64,000 nt of DNA from Neocallimastix sp. 'constans' (Eukaryota). A program made the translations under genes and the position numbers. Where the stretch lies: positions 310,001-374,000 of the forward strand of contig JBODTK010000140.1 of NCBI GenBank assembly GCA_050613775.1, read 5' to 3'. The notes below the pieces were generated by a model. The model had not been told where the DNA came from. It worked only from the letters and a program-made list of their open reading frames with translations, and did no database searches. Positions 58,852 through 64,000 of the stretch are shown in pieces. Positions within the stretch are counted from its first letter, which is position 1; every line of letters starts with the position of its first letter.

Positions 58852-61688
58852 TTAATTATTTTCAACGATATTCCTTAAGCCTGAAGCTTTACTACCTATT
58901 AAAGCTAATTGACATATTGGACATAATTTATGTTCGTAGTCTGGCTTAAATGAAGCATTACAATATGGACAATTAATAACTGGATTACCACGATAAATTG
59001 GAGTGTATGAATAACCACAAATAACAAATGGATTGTATTGATCATAATCGAGTTGAATTTCATCAGTATTATTTCTTTCTAATCTTTGTTGCATAGATCT
59101 TGCCTTTTAATCAAAATTAATATTATTATATTAATTATTATTATTTAATTATTTAATTGTGTATTATATAAAATATAAATATATATTTAGTTAAATATTT
59201 ATATCAATATAACTCAAAAATAATTTATTTTAAACTTAAATAATTATAATAATTACCCATTGAGCAACTTGTGGAGATGGGTTTAATTCTAATAAACGTC
59301 TAATAAATATTAAAGTTGTACCAAAGTTTTTAACTTTCGTACTTAATGATATAGCAACACGTAGAGATAATTGTATATGTGCTGGTTGCATTTGACAATG
59401 TGTAAAGTATGCAGCTAATTCAACATTTCTCTTAATGTTCTTCATATTATCCATTGGAAGTTCTTTTCTATAGGTTTCCATTTTTAATCCAAGAATATAT
59501 TCACGAGCATAGGTAATGATCTTTTTAATCTAATTAAATAATATATTTTTAAATTTTGAATTTTTTATTTAAATTAATATTATATTATATTTTATATTAT
59601 TATATTAATCATTCTATACTTTATATTTATAATTCAATCATTTATTTTATTTTATTTTTTTTTTTTTAATATATATTTATAAACTTACTTCATCAAGATC
59701 ACTAGACTTGTTAACAACGACAAATGGAATCATATTTAAGATAGTATTGAAGCAAACTAAAGCATCAGTAAATTTACCACTAGTAGTAGCTGAATATGCT
59801 TCTTGTAATTTAGAAAGAACATTTTGATATGTAACACAAACATATGGCAGAAGTTTATGAGGATTTTCATCCCAAACTCTTTCAATTGGGAATGAAAGAG
59901 GTTGTGATACTGGGACACCACTAAAGTATGATTTAGCTGATTGGTATACACTCATAAACATTGGCTTTAATACTTCGAAGTTTACAATACCAGCTTGAGT
60001 ATTTAAGATCTAAAATTTAAATTTAATAATTTAATTATACTACTTTAATTTTTGAATTATATTATATATGTATATATATATATATATAATATTACCTTCA
60101 TAGCTGATTCAAATTGACCTGCAGCAATATGATCAACAGCGATATTAGAATTACGAGCCCATTGTTCATTTCTACTCATACCTTGAGTTATAACAGAATT
60201 ATAATCATTATTATTTGAATTTGGAAGTTGTTCTTCTGGAAGTGGAATTTCAACGTCAATATCCCAACCACCATCTTCTAATGGTACATCAATAGCATCA
60301 GCAGCTGATAAATTCAGTTTTGTTAAATCTGGCATATCATTTGAATCATCATTAGCCCATTCACCAACACCATCAAACATGCCAGTGCCTGTTGGCTCAA
60401 TGGTTTGAGTTGGGTTTTCACTTTCTTGTAACATTGAGTTTGAGAATATATTTCTTGAAATTTCTAATAAAGGCCAATTTTGTTCTTGACGGTTAATTGG
60501 AGTAGGAGGTTTTAATAAAATTCCATTTGATGGAAGGGATGAAATTTTATCTGGAGTAACTTCTGTTTCAATTAATATTTTTTCAGCTTCTTCTTCTAAT
60601 CCATGACTCTTCGCAGCTAAATATGCCATTTGAACTTGACCAAGTTCCTTAAACATTTTAATTTGTTCCTCAATATCACCTAAATAAAGGGAATTGTGGT
60701 AACGTGACATATAATCGTTTCGAAGTTCTGCAATTTTTAACATTTTCTTTAATTTTTCTGTATTACCAGTAATAAGATATAAAAAGGATAATTTATCATA
60801 ATCTTTAATTCTTTGATAAACTGACTCAACAACCTTAAATATTTCAAAATAAAAAATTATAATAATATAAATTTAATTTTGATGCTATTACATCAAAACA
60901 ATATTCTAAATAAATTTGATAAATCATATTTACTTGATGTTTTCCTTGACGAAGAGCTTCTTCACCTAAACTTTTCCAGCACTCTTCATTATCTAAGGAT
61001 TTAGCGGTTTCTAAAGCAATATCAATATTACCACATTCAATAGCTATATCAAATCTTGTATTTTCATCTTTAACGAAATGTAAGGCAATCTATTATTATA
61101 TTATTTCATGAATATTAATGATATAATATTAATTAATATTTTATAAATTATTAAATAATATGGATATTAATAATTCTTTTATTATATCTATTTTATAATT
61201 ACATTAGCATATCCCTTCTTCTGAAGGTATGATATGATAGATTGGCCAACTAAATTAGAAGTTTGAATAATACGTAAAACTTCATCATATTTCTTATTAA
61301 CTAATGCTAATTTAAAGTGATATTCTGTTGGATCAACAGTCATAACTCTTGGCTTCCCATCACGATCTAAACAATGAATATTTTGATTAGCAATTTTAGT
61401 TAAATAAACTGGCTGTTCGAGTGTACGAATAATACCATTATCACTATTTTTACATTAACATTATGAATATATATATATTAAAAATTAAATAATTAATTTA
61501 ATATTATTTTCTATTAATATTTTTCATTTTAAATATTATATATATTACCCTTGTGGAAGGACATATTTAAGATGATTAAGTGTTGTGTAAATAAAGATAC
61601 CAAGTTCATCCCATGCACCACTTTTAATTTTAATAGTTTCATGAATTAAACAAAGCTGTTCTAATTGCTTATTAGCAATAATAATTGC

Positions 61689-61727
<39 letters not shown>

Positions 61728-63781
61728 TTTGTTTGTTTGTTTAATTCATTTCATTTTATTTTATTTTTATTTTTATTTTTTATTTTTTATTTTTTTTTTT
61801 TGGAATTTAATAATATATTATATTAATTAATAAGAGATTAAAATTAAATAATTCTAAAATTATTTTTTTATTTTATTTATTAAATAGCTTACAATGTTTG
61901 CTTAATAAAGCTACCATTGACATATTTTGTGACCATACAACATAACGAACATTACTTGCTGATAATTCTGCAATAATTGAACGAGATTCAATATCGAATA
62001 AAATTACTGATGATGGTGTAGTCATTAATAAGTTTCTTGTACCAGCATAATAAATATTTGTAATAGAGGCTGGAGTCTTAAATTGCTTAGTAGTTTCATT
62101 TTTAATATCTTTAATATAAATTTGCTTTTAAAATATAGTAAATTCATTATTAATACAATATAATTAAATTTTATTATTCAATAATGTTTATATATTTTCA
62201 TATTTGAAATCAATAAAATTTAATTATTATTTCATAAATTATATTTACTTGTTCATTTTTATTGAATACTGCAAAACGATTACGAGCAACAAATACAGCA
62301 TTATAACCTGTACCATGTTTTGGTTCTATTGAATCATGACCTTCATTTTTTTGATCTCTTGGTAACATATACAATTCATACATACCTTCGTCTGTAGTCT
62401 GTTAAATGAAAATTAATTAAATGTTTAATTATTATTAAAATAATTATTCAATATTTTGATCTAATTTCTAAATTATCTGAAATAATATATCACTTACATA
62501 GCAAACAAGTAAAGCATTTTCAATTGGATTGTATGAAATAGTTCTTGGTGGAGTATAAGTTCCAGATCCAGTTCTAAGCGGCATAATAGGAATGTCCTTG
62601 TTATCAAAATCATACATTCTAATATTTTTATCTTTAATAAAGAATAAAGTATTTTGATAAGTAGTAGATGCAATTCTTTCTCTTTCTAACTTAAATACAA
62701 TTAAACCATTATCATGACCTATTTAATATATTTATAAATAAGTTTCATTAAATCATTTAATTCTTTAAAAATTAAAATTTCTTAAGAAATTGTTATTACC
62801 AGCAGCAAAGAGATTAAGTTCTGGATGAGCAGTAATAACCCAGAATCGATCATGTTCTCTCTTGAAAGTTTGCAAACAAGTTCTCTTTGTCATATCCCAA
62901 ATTCTTATTGTTTTATCTTCAGAATCACTAATAATTAATTCTTGGTGTGGATGGAAAATAACACAAGAAATATTGTTGTAATGACCACGACAAGTATCAA
63001 CTTCCCATGCCTTAGTTTCTATTATTATTTTATTTTATTATTATTTGTTTATTATTATAATTTATTGATTATATAGTTTTTTATTGATAATTCTATATAT
63101 GTATATATAATATAATATTAATTATATATAATAATACCATTCATTCTCCATAATTTAACTTGTCTATCATCAGCGCCTGAAACAATTAATGGGTAAGTTG
63201 GATGAAAAGCAGCCCAATTTACACCACGATCATGACCTTCTAATACAAACTTAACTACAGCATCTGAAGTACCAAACAAATCTGGTTGATTTCTATTATT
63301 TCTATTATCTTCAAAACTATTTATTCCTGGAGCTGCATGTTTCTTAACGAGACCTATTTAATAATTTTTAATTTATAGATTTTAATAACAAAAATATTAT
63401 GAACTTTTTATTAAAATCTAACTTTTTTAATACACTTACCACTAATATCCCATACTCTTACTGTTCGATCTAATGAAGCTGAAACAATTAAATCTTCTTT
63501 TGGATGGAATTGTGCACACATAACATAGTGATTATGTCCAGTAAGAATTGAAATACAATTTCTTGATTGCCAATTCCAAATACGAATAGTTTGATCATCA
63601 GATGCTGATATAATCCATGGATGCTCATGATGGAAATAAGTTGTACGAATATAATCTAAATGACCCGTTAATGTAAAAAGACAACGCTTTTGTTTCCAAT
63701 TCCAAACTTTAACTTTATAATCATCACCACCAGAAACAAATAAAGGTTGAGTTTGATGGAACGCTATTCCTCTTACAGGAC
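58852..63781 (-). CDS. COP1: Coatomer subunit alpha (alpha-COP); 5' exons lie beyond the window end; many introns
   Basis: WD40 region [27 protein letters not shown]...[51 protein letters not shown], and C-terminal [16 protein letters not shown]...CPYC...CPIC. Confidence 0.97.
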
Positions 63782-64000
63782 CTATAATTAATGAATTATT
63801 TATTATGTTATTATAAAAAAAAAAAAAAAAATTAATCTTTTCCTGTATATATTTTACTATATTTTTTAATACATTTATAAATACTTTATAATTTTTCAAC
63901 TTCTTATAAACGCATATATATTTATTTACTACTATAAAATTAATTTCTAAAATTTATATATTTTTTTTATTTAATTAAATTTCTAAACTAAAATTTTTCA

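Overview
Very AT-rich, intron-rich eukaryotic DNA with long microsatellites and poly-Asn proteins. The gene content and composition fit an anaerobic gut fungus (Neocallimastigomycota); this assignment is inference. Host genes: protein phosphatase 1 (220-2563,+), RPL29 (3818-4269,+), a ~1848-aa hypothetical protein (9083-14788,-), Hsp110/SSE1 (20774-23487,-), VPS36 (25660-29507,-), cyclin H (31177-33356,-), a ~2978-aa three-SANT Snt1/NCoR-like protein (38564-48040,+), a 353-aa orphan (49070-50131,-) and the 3' part of alpha-COP (58852-63781,-). Three intergenic zones (4.9-8.4, 16.6-20 and 51-58 kb) are filled with APE/RT non-LTR retrotransposons. One copy is nearly intact and reconstructs to a single ~1350-aa ORF. 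A TIR-bounded MITE-like element sits at 29.7-30.8 kb. Best leads: (1) a ~320-bp insert in a dead LINE, flanked by a 10-bp direct repeat, carrying a recognisable bacterial-type YebC/PmpR fragment and possibly other short foreign pieces; (2) a textbook kink-turn hairpin with a possible pseudoknot at the apparent 5' end of the near-intact LINE; (3) an RRM-like domain fused in frame to APE-RT, with the LINE composite bracketed by (TAA)n; (4) a candidate 3-nt microexon in PP1. All exon boundaries were read by eye from GT-AG signals and reading frame.
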